Positions 24,366 through 37,921 of a stretch of DNA of 64,000 nucleotides are shown piece by piece. Both the position numbers and the translations under genes were made by a program. This DNA comes from the human T2T-CHM13v2.0 reference genome, Homo sapiens, in NCBI RefSeq assembly GCF_009914755.1, contig NC_060939.1; one strand, 5' to 3'. The notes beneath the pieces were generated by a model. It ran no database searches. It was not told the origin of the DNA and saw only the letters and a program-made list of their open reading frames with translations. How positions within the stretch are numbered: position 1 is the stretch's first letter; each line of letters begins with the position of its first letter.

Positions 24366-25199
24366 AAGGCCTTTGCTAGCTCTGACATCCTGATTCACAA
24401 TGAAGCAAAAGGGAACCCATGTTAGAGAGGCCCTCTAGAGCAAGGTCTTTCTGCATCCCCTGAATATATCAGGCCCCTAATAAATGTGTGGTGACTGTAA
24501 CATACTCACTAGAGAATTCTATCAGATTAGGCCAGCACAGATCTGGGCTTACAGCAAGGGCTCTATGGAGACTTAATGACATGGTTTTGCTATGCTATGA
24601 GAAAAGTTCCAATGTCCAGCAGAGAAATCAGAAGCAGGATATTTTCATTGCAAAAAGAGCACTGGCTTTATGGAAGGATTTCCTGAAGGATGCCTGTAAA
24701 GTATGAGTTGATGTAACTCAGAATTCAACTCATGTCCAGTGTTCCAGACAGCAGACTGGGATCTCCAACAGGTGGCCCCAAGCCTCTCGACTCTCACCAT
24801 TCCTGTGAGCTTACAGCAGCACAGTGATCCTTCATATTTTAAAGATGGGCCAAGAAAAAGTAAATGTCTTGCCCCAGATCACATTGAAGACAGGGGACAG
24901 AGTGAAGCCAGATCTCACAGCCACTGATGGCTCGGAGAAAAGGTCGGGACCCAGAACAGTGGGTGTTTTGAAGCAAGCAGATCCCTGAGCTCTCAGATAT
25001 AGGAGAATGAGCTAAGCCACCTTGGGAAGGAGCCCATTACCTAGCTCAAGACTATGTTTAAGTCCAAATAGCTGCGTATGTATCCATGAAATAAAGGGAA
25101 TGAGATGAAGGGCAAAAATGATATTTGGCAGGACCTCTGAAGAGGAAGAGGAACAAGAGCTTCTGTGACTCAAAGGTCACTTGCCTGGGCTGAGAGGTC

Positions 25200-25320
25200 C
25201 TTAGGGCAGGGACAAGGGAAGGATCTTATTCATCTCCATATGCCCGGAACCTAGCACAGTGTCTGGCACATGGAAAGGGCTTAAGAAATGTCTGCTGAAT
25301 GAGTGGATGAATGAATAAAC
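25200..25320 (+). mobile_element. L2 3' end
   Basis: cctagcacagtgtctggcacat...aaatgtctgctgaatgag. Confidence 0.75.
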
Positions 25321-25505
25321 AGATGGATGTATGCATAGATGGACAGATGGATGGAAGAATAAAGAGATAGATGGATGAATGGACAGAGTGATGGACAGAT
25401 GGATGGACTGATACGTAGTTGGACAAGGGGATGAATGGTTGGACTGACAGACAGGATGGATGGATGGATGGATGGATGGATGGATGGATGGATGGATGGA
25501 TGCAT
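25320..25505 (+). repeat. (GGAT)n microsatellite with degenerate 5' part
   Basis: pure ggat run at about 25453-25502, directly after the L2 (TGAA) tail. Confidence 0.95.
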
Positions 25506-26844
25506 GTTCCTCATCTGGAAGAGGGATTGGTCTCAAAAGAACTTCTCAAGCAGGCAGCCAAACTTGATAACTCTGTCATGTTACTAAAGATCTTTGTAAA
25601 AAAAAAAAAAATACCAAGTGGCATAACTATGAGAAATAACTGCTTCTAATTGGGCTGAATTATTCTGGCCATATAGTAGACATATTTTTATAACTTTATT
25701 AATTATTCAATTTGAGGCCATTTACCCAGCCTGCCAGAATGGGTTTTCCTTATTAGAGGGTGACAGAGTCTCCAGTTCTGCCACTGCCTCTGTTGCTGTG
25801 GCACTATTGAACAGTGACTGCCTGCTTTGGGGCAGCACCAGGGTCTGAGGACTGGATGTGGAGGGCATGGCTGCTCCTGAGAGGCAGGCTGGGAGTCAGA
25901 GATGTCAGGAGACAGTAAGGCTGTACCAGGATATCTCCCTGGCTGCACCAGGAAAGGCAGAGGGAGGTCAGGCCAGGACATGTCCAACCTGGCCTCTGTG
26001 GGTCATCTTCTGCCCAGATCCATTCACCAACTCTTAATCACAGCAATCTCCCCCCATCCAATCTGTTTCCTTCCAACGCCAAGGTAGCCCGCCATATGTT
26101 CTTCAGTAGCCTCCAGTCAGGGATGGAGGAAGTAGAGCATTGCCCAGCTACCCAGAGGGACTGGCTGGGGCTCCAAGGGCAGATCAAAGCCTTCAGTATC
26201 CTCTCTCTTCCCATACCTAGGCCCAGAGCTGGTCACATGCTACTTAGGAGAAGAAAGAGTTAAAAGGTTGCCCACCAGGAAACGCTGCAGAGTGAGTAGA
26301 TGAAAAATAAGCCTTCAGGGGCTCCCCATGCCCACAGAATAATGCCAGAGCCCCTTGGGCTGTTGGTGTGAGAACACCATGCCACCTGCCCTGGCCCACC
26401 AGTCCAGCCTGGCTCCCACTCCTCTGGGTGCCTCCGCTTCAACCACACTGACCTGCTCAGCACTGGCACCTTTGCTATGTGGGTGGGCCTGCCTGGAGCA
26501 CCCTCTCTTTCCATATCTGATGACTGAAACCTCACATCTCATCCTTCTTTGAGCTCTGCTTCTACCATATTTTTAGCATCTTTCCGATCTCTCCACAGGA
26601 TATGATCTCTGCTTCCTCTGAAGGACCAATTTGACTCCTGGCCTCATATTGCAATTCTTGGGGCACGTGTCTGGCCCCCTACTCCCCATAGGTGGGAAGC
26701 ATTGGAAGATCACGTGATATGGCTTTGAATTCTCTCAAGCATCCAACCCAGAGCCCCATAATCTTCCCTAGTCCCACCTCCACCTCCAGAAGGAACGAAA
26801 GACGTGATAAGACAGGAGAGCAAGTCTACCAGATTCCATGTAAC

Positions 26845-27130
26845 ACTGCTTAGTACCTTCCATGTGCCAGGGAGCATGAGGTGCTCCAGGTCATAGAGAC
26901 AAGAAAGACGTGGGTCCTGCATGAAGAGGCCTCAGGGGATACGGGTGAGAGGGAGACAAACACAATCAAACCAAAACTGCCCAGGGTGGCAAGGACCGCC
27001 TGGCCATGTACAGAGTCGAGGCCCCTGGGAATCAGGGAACCTTCACAGCAGGGGGGCATCTGTGCTGGGCTTTGACAGCAAAAGAGCAATGGGTCAGTGG
27101 ATGAAAGAGGGCAAGGGTGGGAATGATGGG
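26845..27130 (-). mobile_element. L2 LINE fragment
   Basis: catgtgccagg...agagacaagaaagac...cagggaaccttcacagcagg...tgtgctgggctttga. Confidence 0.6.
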
Positions 27131-27319
27131 AGGGAGATGAGGTTGAAAGCCAGGCAGGTGCCACATCCAGAGGGGCCAGGAAGGCCGGGCCAAGGAGATG
27201 AGCACTTCCCGGCAGGCAATAGAGAGCAGGGACACAGGTGTGGCCCAATTGGCGTTTCAGTAGCCTCCCCACCTCCCAAGTGTGGGAGGGGTTGGGGAGG
27301 GAAGGCAGAGGGCATCAAC

Positions 27320-27520
27320 CAGAGTTTCAAGGGTGGTCTCCAGGGACAGACTGCCTGAGTTCAAATCATGCTGCTGCTGCTTATGAGTACCCTTGGGCCA
27401 GGTACTGAACCTCTCAGAGCCCATTTCCTCCTCTGAGAGATGGGGATGAGAATAATAAACTACTTTCTCTAGGACAGTGTGTAGAGGAAGTACTGGATGA
27501 GTTAGGAGAGATGCTGAAGC
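27320..27520 (+). mobile_element. MIR SINE
   Basis: cagactgcctgagttcaaatc...ccttgggccaggtactgaacctctc...atggggatgag. Confidence 0.75.
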
Positions 27521-28444
27521 AAGAGCAAAGCCCAGCCTCCTTCCCTGTCAGCCTCAAGTGCCACCTCCTCCACAGCCCTGCATCGTGGCGGAAACACGCC
27601 TGAGTGGAGAGCTCACACTTGCCGTAGCCGAGTGACCTTGGAGGATGACTGGACTTCCCGGGCCTCGGCTCTCTAACCCCACCTTATGGGGCTGCGTCAG
27701 GATGAAAGGAGGTCTGCGGTGGCCCACAGGTGGGCAGGGGCTGGCTGGCGCTGACATTCTTGGGGGCAGGGCTCCCCCATCACCAGGCCCCTCTCTGCCC
27801 AGGATGAGATGCACCTTCTCCCTCTCCTTCCCCTCAGAGTTCTAGGGACATCCTGCAGGCTGGTGGGAGCAGGTGGGTGCAGTTCGTGAGTCCCCTCCTG
27901 GAGACCCTGCCTGCAGGCTGCCCCTGGAAGTGCAGGTCCTTTTCACACCTGTGTGGGGCTGGGGAGGGGTATCCGCCCGGTTGCCAGCACGTGCGACAAC
28001 GCCAGCTGGGCTCCCGCCACTCTATTCTGCTTTTGTCACATTCAAGGTGGGATCTCCACTGCCCGCCTCTTGCCAGTTCTCGAGACTCCCTGTGTGTCAT
28101 TTATTTATTCATTTTGTTCTCAGGGAGCAGATGGCAGGAACTGAGTTGGGCAGAATGTACCTCCCTCCCCACTTACAACACTCCCGAGTACACAGTTCAC
28201 TCGCAGACCCCAGGCTATCCCGTTTCTGGCTTTCTCAGGTCCAAAAATTCAGGAGGAGCCACACGTGCCAGGGCCCTGCCTCACCCCCACCTCCTGCTCA
28301 GATGTGACTGGCCCCAAATCTTCCCTGGTCTGAGGGGCAGTGGGCAGTGGGGAAGGGGTGAGACTCTGGGAGACTGCCCTTTCTCAAGAATGGGGAGAGC
28401 AGTGGCCCCACACCGCCTCCTGCCCCATGGCCTGCCTGCCTTCC

Positions 28445-28513
28445 TGCCTGTGAATTTTCTTGGGGGGACAGATGAGGATTTGTCTGGGATTTTCTTGGGG
28501 GGACAGATGAGGA
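28445..28513 (+). repeat. tandem duplication of about 35 bp (25-bp identical core)
   Basis: attttcttggggggacagatgagga at 28454-28478 and 28489-28513. Confidence 0.9.
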
Positions 28514-28550
28514 CCCTCAGAAGGTCTCCCCTCCTTTCCTGGTGGGCATC

Positions 28551-29013
28551 TGTTGTGCTGAACCCCTAACAACTCTAGTGGGGATGGCACCAGGTTCAAG
28601 AGGCCAAAGAAGAGACCCAGAAACAGCAAAAGAGACATGGGGTTTTACTGGGGGCTTATATGCAGAGGAGAGCCCAGCAGTGGCGGGCTGGGCAGAAGAA
28701 CCACAACTGCTTGTAAAAGGCATGCAGTTGCTATAGCATTTCCACTCAGCACCCTAACAACCTCCACCTGGGAACCTTCATTCACACCCCCCCCCCCAGC
28801 ACCCCCGCCAAAACTCAGGGCTTAATCCCCTGTACAGCCAGTGTTCCACCAGACAGGCCGACGGCTCAGATATTCCTCATAGACAAGGAACGAATCTCCA
28901 GGTTGGCCACTCTCAGATTCCCTAGCTCAGAACACACATTCAGGTGCGTTTGCCATACAGGGTCATTCTTGGGGTGCACTTAGGTGATCGCTCTCAGGTG
29001 CGTTTACCTGGCA
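28551..29013 (-). mobile_element. ERVL solo LTR, LTR47-like
   Basis: TG...CA ends; reverse strand reads ggtaaacgcacctga...gaatgaccctgtatggcaaacgcacctgaatgtgtgttc; 5-bp flanks gcatc / gcagc. Confidence 0.8.
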
Positions 29014-30591
29014 GCAGCATCACAGGAACATGAGTGGGTGGAGGGTAGAGATGGGGTGGGAAGGACCAGCTGCCTTTGAGCTGGTGTTCTGGGGTCTCCA
29101 TGGGCTGCCCCTTCCCAGCCTGATCCTCATCCTGACAAAGGTCTGGGCTCCCACAAGGGCGGGGCTCCCCAGCACCTGCTTCCTCCCCTTTCCCGTTTCT
29201 CCTGGGAGGCACTGTGGAAGAAACGGAGCATGGGAGAGAGGAGACTCATATCTCCGCTGGCTTCCAGAGTGTCACCAAGGCTGGAACATCTCAAAGAGAA
29301 GGAGACAGAGGCTGGGGGATGTGACAGCCAAGGGCGGAGAGATGGACATCAAGGCCGGCAGACCCAGGTTCTTGCTGTTCCTCCCCTACGGCCCACAGCC
29401 CCCCAGGACTCAGGGGCTGGGCAGTCTCTTACCTGTCTCATGGTCTCTTTCAGGCTTGAGCACAGGCTCCTCACAATTGAGTCTGTCCTCACACTTCTGA
29501 CCCCATGACCTCGTGGAAAGCCTCAGACAGACCCAGCCCTGACAGTCACCAGATGCGGGACCTCAGGCCATTATGTAACCTCTCTGTGCCTCAGATTCTC
29601 TTTCTAAAAGGGGGACCGCAGCACACACCTGGCTCCTGCCTTCCACTGCCCTCCCATGATGGCCTCGCCATCCAGGTCCCCCTCCCATAAAAGCAGAGCC
29701 TTTCCTCTCCTGCCTCCTCCTCCTCCCTCCTCTCTGTGCTGGTGGTTCTGGCTTCTGCTCAAAGTTCTTGGAAGATGGAGGCTATGCTCTCCTCATCTCT
29801 GAACCCCCCATTTGGTCCTGAACCCTGGGCACTGTTGGCCTTTGAGAAGCACTCAGTAAATGTGCACTAAGAGGAAGTCAAGGATGGAGAATACTGAGTC
29901 GATGAGGCCAGTGGTCCTGGCTATTGAATTCCTTTTTGTTCAAAATTAGAATTCCAGGGTGAATAGCAGCTCCTCTTACTCATAAACCTTGAAAAAGCAT
30001 TTGCTGCTACGTACACAGCTCCCTTCTGTCCCCGTCACGGTGACTGTGCCCCAGTGTGTGGGGCTGACACAGAGCCCACCGTCCCGGGGAGGCCCACAGG
30101 CACACCAGATGCCGGCAGAAGGCGGCCCAGGCGGGTCTGCGAAGGGCCGCGGGCTTGGCAGAGCTGCACGCGAGGAACAGTGAGTGTAATTGCTTTGCGG
30201 TGATTCATCTGAAGTTGCTTTAACCTTGACAGCCGGCTCGATGCAGTGAAAAAACAACTCGAGAGAGAGCTGAGGCCTCCCGGCTGGCACAGCACCCTCT
30301 GCACACCCACTGCACGCATGAGCTATACCTGGACAGCATAGGGCTCAGCAGGAGCTCCCACCTGGAGGGGGCGAGGATGTGATCACAAGGCCGCCCCATC
30401 CCCCTCATGCCCTGCCTCCCTACCTCCCCATCCTCTCCAGGTCTGGGAATGAAGAGAGAATCAGGGTGGCCATGAGCGGGGTGGCAGGAAGGGGAGACAT
30501 CCTCCATCAGGGGGCAGCAGGGAGGTCACCAGGGCCTCGGATTAGGTGAGCCAGTCCTGGACTTTGACTCCTTAGAAATAAAACATCATGA

Positions 30592-30937
<346 letters not shown>

Positions 30938-31040
30938 TAAAGATGAGAAAACTGAGGCCCACAGAAAGGAAAGGACCAGGGTCCCCCAGGGAAGACCTGG
31001 AACAAAGCCAGCTTTCCTGTATGTTAAGGCACAGGACTTC

Positions 31041-31359
31041 TGCTATGAACTGAATGTTCAAGTCCCCCCTAAATTCATATTGAAACCCTAATCCCCAATG
31101 TAGTGCTGTGTGGAGGTGGGACCTGTGTCGAGTCTGTGGGAGGTAATCAGTCCCCTTAGAGGGCACTGATCTAAAGAAGAGACATGAGGGACACGACCCC
31201 CTTCTCCACTCTGGAAGACACCGTGAGAAGGCAGGCCCTCGCCAGAAATAGAGTCAGCCAGAACCTTGGTCTTGGACCTCCGAGCCTCCAGAACTGTGAG
31301 AAACACTTTTCCGTGGAAGCCACCAAGTCTTGTTACAGCAGCCTGAACTAGCTAAGGCA
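31041..31359 (+). mobile_element. MLT1A-type (ERVL-MaLR) solo LTR
   Basis: tgctatgaactgaatg...aaattcatattgaaaccctaatcccc...gcctccagaactgtgagaaa...ctaaggca; perfect 5-bp TSD acttc. Confidence 0.9.
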
Positions 31360-31374
31360 ACTTCCACCCCTTCA

Positions 31375-31554
31375 GGGGCAGCATGGAACTTAGGGAAGAA
31401 CACAAGTTCTGGGTTCTGATCCCAGATCTGCTGCTTGATAGTTGGGTGAATATCAGAAGTGACTCCACCTCCCTGAGCTTTGATTTCTTCATTTGTGGAA
31501 TAGAATAACACATATGTCCTCCCCAGGCTGCTGGGCAGATGAAATGGGACAGTT
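31375..31554 (+). mobile_element. MIR SINE (continues after the Alu to about 32000)
   Basis: ctgggttctgatcccaga...tttcttcatttgtggaat...aaatgggacag, resuming at gtgaagcatttgcacac. Confidence 0.6.
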
Positions 31555-32073
<519 letters not shown>

Positions 32074-32929
32074 TCATTCATTCTCCTTACTCCCTTGCTG
32101 GGAGGAGCCCTAAAGTTTTGGCAGTGGCCCTTCCTAGCTGACACATGTGGTGGGCCACACACACCCCCATCTGGCCCTGCCTATCTCCTTTTGGGACCCC
32201 TCACCTGTCCCAGGCCAGGGGCAGGGACCCAGGCCCCCATCCTATACCTCTGCTTTGCCCCCTATGTCCTGGGCTACCAGGCTGTGGTGTTGCCATTTTC
32301 ATGAGAGTGTGTCCAGGGGCGCCTGAGACAGAGACACTCCCTGATGTACTTTCCAAATCAGGCAGTTGGTTGGGTTGACATCCCTGGAAATCCCCAATCC
32401 CAGTGCTGGCCTGACCTGTAGTCATAGGTTTTGGGGCTATACCACCAGGCCTCCCCAGGAGCACAATCATTTCTGGTATGAAGGTAGAGATCATCTTTTT
32501 GGTTTTTCAATAAATGCCAATTGTACATTTCATTCTATTATAAATCTGTATTTGTTTTAACTTAAGGAAATGTTTAAATTATCAGGTAACTAATGTGCCA
32601 TTTACATGGTAAAAACTTTAAACTTTGTAGCTTCGAGAGTCTCTAGCAAAAGTCTTTTCAATAAATAGTATTGGGGAAACTGGATATGCACATGCAAAAA
32701 AATGAAATGGAATCTTTATAAAAAATTCACTCAAAATGGATCAAAGACCTAAATGTAGGAGCATACCTATAAAACTCAGAAGAAACCACAGGGGTAAAGC
32801 GTCATGACATTGAATTTGGCAATGATTTCTTGCATATTACACTAAAAGCACGGGCAATGAAAGAAAAAATAGTTAAATTGGACTTCATAAAAAAAAAAAA
32901 CTTTTATATATCAAAAGACATGATCAATA

Positions 32930-33195
32930 GGCTGAGGTGGGGGCATTGCTTGAGGCCAGGAGTTTGAGAACAGCCTGGGCAACATAGTGAGATCCTGTAT
33001 TTACGAAAAAAATTTAAAAAATTAGCCCAGCATGGCGACACATGCCTGTAGTCCCAGCTACTCAGGAGCCTGAAGCCACAGGATTGCTTGAGCCTGGGAG
33101 ATCAAGGCTGAAGTGAGCTATGATTGTGCCACTGCCCTCCAGTCGGGTGACAAAGTGAGTTCTTATCTCTAAAAAATTAAAATAATTTTTAAAAA
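32930..33195 (+). mobile_element. 5'-truncated AluJ nested in L1MB
   Basis: attgcttgaggccaggag...ggcaacatagtgaga...caaggctgaagtgagctatgatt; degenerate TSD aaaagacatgatcaatag / aaaatgacactatcaacag. Confidence 0.9.
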
Positions 33196-33259
33196 TGACA
33201 CTATCAACAGAGTAAAAAGGGAACTCAGAGAACAGGAGAAAATATCTGCAAATCACATA

Positions 33260-33464
33260 TGGTCATGTGTTGCTTAACCATAGGGATATGCTCTGAGAAA
33301 TGCATTGGTAGGTGACTTTGTTGTTGTGCAAACATCATAGAGTGTACTTGCACAAACCTAGATGGTATAGCCTACCACACACCTAGGCTACACCATCTAG
33401 GTTTGACTACCATCGTATATGCGGTCAGTCACCGACACAAACATCATTATGTGGTGCATGACGG
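33260..33464. mobile_element. Tigger3 (Golem) internally deleted MITE
   Basis: gtcatgtgttgcttaac...ctgagaaatgc...acaaacctagatggtatagccta...cgtatatgcggtc...ttatgtggtgcatgac; TA on both flanks. Confidence 0.85.
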
Positions 33465-34972
33465 TATCTAATAAGTGGTTAATATCCAGAATATATAAAG
33501 AATGCCTATAACTCAACACAAAACAATCTGATTAAAAAAATGGGCAAAGGGTTAGGGGATCATGGCAGATGGGAGGCAGGACTAGATTGCAGCCCCGGAC
33601 AATGCGGCGGCTTGCAGTGTGAATTTTAGCTCCAGATCAACTGCAAGAACAAGCCAGCAATCCCGAGAGGAACCACAGACCCTCTGAAGGAAGCAGACTG
33701 CTCCTGCAGGACCCAGGAGACACCCCAAATACTGTGAGTGCCCCAAGTGTGGAAGTGGGAAAGGGAGACCCTCCTCTCCCGAACACACCCCCCCACTGGA
33801 GAGGCTGAAGTCTGTTTGTGGGAGAAGTTTCTGACTTTACCAGGAGCTGAATCAAGTTAGAGAGCCGAGTAAAATACAGGGGTAGAGGAAGCAGCAGAAA
33901 GGCTTAGTGGTCCCCAGGCAGCCCATTCCTGCCTGGCACCACAGGGATCCATCAGGAGGGTGGCCAGAGGAGCAGGAGGTAAAACTCCACAGAGAGAAGG
34001 AATTCTCTAGCAGAAATTTGTAACAACTTGAACGGGGCGAGAAGCCTCCTGGCCATAACTTGGGGGAGGGCACGAATCTGCTGTGGAGACCTCACAAGCA
34101 AGGGAAGAACTAAAGCCCATTTCTTTTGCAGCTGGAAGGCAGATAGCCTTGGGCAAGTTTTCAAGCCCATTTTGCCCTACACCTGGAAACAGACTCCGGG
34201 CTGTTGCGCGAAGGTGGCGGGGGAAGGGGGGACGGGGTGCAGCACGGTGGGAGTGAGGCTGGCCCTTTGATTTGCATGGGAGCTGGGTGAGGCCTCTGAC
34301 TGCTGGCTTTCCCCCACTTCCCTGACAACCTGCACGACTCAGCAGAGGCAGCCATAATCCTCCTAGGTACACAACTCCATTAACCTGGGAACCTCGCTCC
34401 CATCCCCCACAGTAGCCGCAGCGAGATCTGCCCAAGAAGAGTCTGAGCTCAGACATGCCTATGCCCACCCCCAGCTGATGGTCCTTCCCTATCCATCCTG
34501 GTAGCAGAAGACAAAGGGCATATAATTTTGGGAGTTCTACAGCCCCACCCACTACCGGTCCCTCTCCACATTACTATAGCTGATGCTTTCTGGAAAGCGC
34601 CACCTCCTGGCAAGAGGCCAACCAGCACAAAAAAAGAGCATTAAACCACCAAAGCTAAGGACCCTCATGGAGTCCATTGCACCCTCTGCCACCTCCACCA
34701 GAACAGGCACTGGTATCCACGGCTGAGAGACCATAGACAGTTTACATCACAGGACTCTGTGCAGACAACCCCCAGTACCAACCCGGAGCTGGGTAGACTT
34801 ACCAGGTAGCTAGACCCAGATGAGAGACAACAGTCACTGCAATTTGGCTTACAGGAAGCCACATCCATAGGAAAAGGGGGAGAGTACTACATCAAGGGAA
34901 TACCCCATGGGACAAAAGAATCTGAACAACAGCCTTCAGTCCTAGACCTTCCCTCTGACAGAGCCTACCCAA

Positions 34973-35974
34973 ATGAGAAGGAACCAGAAAACCAACCCTG
35001 GTAATATGACAAAACAAGGCTCTTCAACACCCCTAAAAAATCACACTAGTTCACCAGCAATGGATCCAAACCAAGAAATCCCTGATTTACATGAAAAAGA
35101 ATTCAGGAGGTTATTAAGCTAATCAGGGAGGGACCAGAGAAAGGTGAAGCCCAATGCAAGGAAATCCAAAAAATGATACAAGAAGTGAAGGGAGAAATAG
35201 TCAAGGAAATAAATAAAGAAAACACAATAAAAAATTCAGGAAACTTTGAGCACACTTTTAGAAATGCAAAATGCTCTGGAAAGTCTCAGCAGAATTGGAA
35301 AAGTAGAAGAAAGAAATTCAGAGCTCGAAGACAAGGTCTTTGAATTAACCCAATCCAACAAAGACAAAGAAAAAAAAAGAAAATATGAACAAAGCCTCCA
35401 AGAAGTCTGGGATTATATTAAAAGATCAAACCTAAGAATAATCAGTGTTCCTGAGGAAGAAGAGAATTCTAAAAGCCTGGAAAATATATTTGGGGGAATT
35501 ATCAACAAAAACTTCCCTGGCCTTGTGAGAGACCTAGACATCCAAGTACAAGAAGCACAAAGAACACCTGGGAAATTCATCGCAAAAAGATCTTCACCTG
35601 GGCAAATTGTCATCAGGTTTTCCAAAGTTAAGACTAAGGAAAGAATCTTAAGGGCTGTGAGACAGAAGCACCAGGTAACCTATAAAGGAAAACCTATCAG
35701 ATTAATGGCAGATTTCTCAGCAGAAACCCTATAAGCTAGAAGGGATTGGGGACCCATCTTCAGCCTCCTCAGACAAAACAATTATCAGTCAAGAATTTTG
35801 TATCCAGCAAAACTAAGCATCATATGTGAAGGAAAGATACGGTCGTTTTCAGACAAACAAATGCTGAGAGAATTCGCCATTACCAAGCCACCACTACAAG
35901 AACTGCTAAAAGGAGCTCTAAATCTTAAAACAAATCCTGGAAACACATCAAAACAGAATCTCTTTAAAGTATAA
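34973..35974 (+). pseudogene. decayed L1 ORF1p
   Basis: MRRNQKTNPGNMTKQG...; ORF 35246-35734 contains EQSLQEVWDYIKRSNLRII and QVTYKGKPIRLMADFSAETL; in-frame stop at 35732-35734 and frameshifts. Confidence 0.9.
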
Positions 35975-36059
35975 ATCACACAGGACCTATAAAACAAAAA
36001 TACAAGTTAAAAAGCAAAAACAAAAACAAAATCAAAGTACACAGGCAATAAAGAACAGG

Positions 36060-37622
36060 ATGAATGCAACGGTACCTCACATTTCAATACTAACATTGAA
36101 TGTAATTGGCCTAAATGCTCCACTTAAAAAATACAGAACTGCAGAATGGATAAGAACTCACCAACCATCTGTTGCCTTCAGGAGACTCATCTAACACCTA
36201 AGGACTCACATAAACTTAAAGGGGTGGGAAAAGGCATTTCATGCAACTGGACACCAAAAGCGAGCAGGGGTAGCCATTCTTATATTACACAAAACAAACT
36301 TTAAAACAACAGCAGTTAAGAGAGACAAAGAGGGATATTATACAATGGTAAAAGGCCTTGTCCAACAGGAAAATATCACAATCCTAAACATATATGCACC
36401 TAACACTGGAGCTCCCAAATTTATAAAACAATTACTAATAGACATAAGAAATGAGATAGACAGCAACACAATAATAGTGGGGGACTTCAATACTCCACTG
36501 ACAGCACTAGACAGGTCATCAAGACAGAAAGTCAACAAAAAAACCATGGATTTAAACTACTTCCCAGAACAAATGGACTTAACAGGTATATACAGAACAT
36601 TTCATCCAACGACCACAGAATACACATTCTATTCAACAGCACATGGAACTTTCTCCAAGTGAGACCATATGATAGGCCATAAAATGAGCCTCAATTAATT
36701 TAAGAAAATTGAAATTACATCAAGCACTCTCTCAGACCACAGTGGAATAAAACTGGAAATCAACTCCAAAAGGAACCTTCAAAACCATGTAAATACATGG
36801 ACATTAAATAACCTGCTCCTGAATGAGCATTGGGTCAAAAATGAAATCAAGATGGAAATTAAAAAATTCTTCGAATGACAATAATGACACAACCTATCAA
36901 AACCTCTGGGATACAGCAAAGGCAGTGCTAAGAGGAAAGTTCATAGCCCTAAACGCCTTCATCAAAAAGTCTGAAAGAACACAAATAGATAACCTAAGGT
37001 CACACCTCAAGGAACTAGAGAAATAAGAACAAACCAAATCCAAAACCAGCAGAAGAAAGGAAATAGCCAAGATCAGAGCATAACTAAATGAAATTGAGAC
37101 AACAACAACAACAATACCAACAATAAATGAAAGAAAAAGCTGGTTATTTGAAAAGATAAATAAAACTGATAGACCATTAGCCAGATTAACCAAGAAAAGA
37201 AGAGAGAAAATCCAAATAACCTCACAAAGAAACGCAACAGGAGATATTACAACTGACGCCACAGAAATACAAAAGAACATTGAAGGCTACTATGAACCCA
37301 CCTTTATGCACATAAACTACAAAACCTAGAAGCGACGGATAAATTCCTGGAAAATTACAACCCTTCCAGTTTAAATCAGGAAGAATTAGATACCCTGAAC
37401 AGACAAATAACAAGCAGTGACATTGAAATGATAATTTAAAAATTACCAACAAAAAAAAGTCCAGGAGCAGACAGAGTCACAGCTGAATTCTACTAGACAC
37501 TCAAAGAAGAATTGGTACCAATCCTTTTGACACTGTTCCACAAGATAAAGAAGGAACTCTTCCTAATTCATTCTAAAGCCAGCATCACCCTAATACCAAA
37601 ACCAGGAAAGGACATAACCAAA
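36060..37622 (+). pseudogene. decayed L1 ORF2p endonuclease and linker, truncated at the start of the RT domain
   Basis: MNATVPHISILTLNV...; NIYAPN, IVGDFNTPL and SDH motifs; [19 protein letters not shown]; multiple stops (for example 36660-36662 and 37024-37026). Confidence 0.92.
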
Positions 37623-37628
37623 TGAGGG

Positions 37629-37921
<293 letters not shown>

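Larger units (their letters stand above)
32648..33550 (+). mobile_element. L1MB-type LINE, late-ORF2 segment (host of AluJ, Tigger3 and L1PB)
   Basis: tcttttcaataaat...actcaaaatggatcaaagacctaaatgta...ggcaatgatttcttg...aatatccagaatatataaagaa...aaaaatgggcaaagg. Confidence 0.85.
33555..37622 (+). mobile_element. L1PB-type LINE-1: complete 5' UTR, ORF1 and N-terminal ORF2; 3' half missing
   Basis: starts ggggatcatggcagatgggaggcaggactagattgcagc (L1PBa-type 5' end); ORF1 and endonuclease motifs; stops at [12 protein letters not shown]. Confidence 0.9.

Noticed and set aside
22425-28513. Short direct repeats as a CRISPR-like array
   Set aside because: Only two-copy local duplications, no repeat-spacer periodicity, and a eukaryotic context.
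27877-28569. 230-aa ORF with overlapping ORFs
   Set aside because: Non-ATG start, GC-rich chance frame, no recognisable protein motif or exon structure.
30020-30330. CpG-island gene promoter
   Set aside because: Too short, with no convincing first exon; retained only as an enhancer-like patch.
34973-37622. L1 ORF1/ORF2 as functional genes or a novel endonuclease/RT system
   Set aside because: Ordinary LINE-1 homology with multiple stops and frameshifts; the RT and C-terminal domains are missing.
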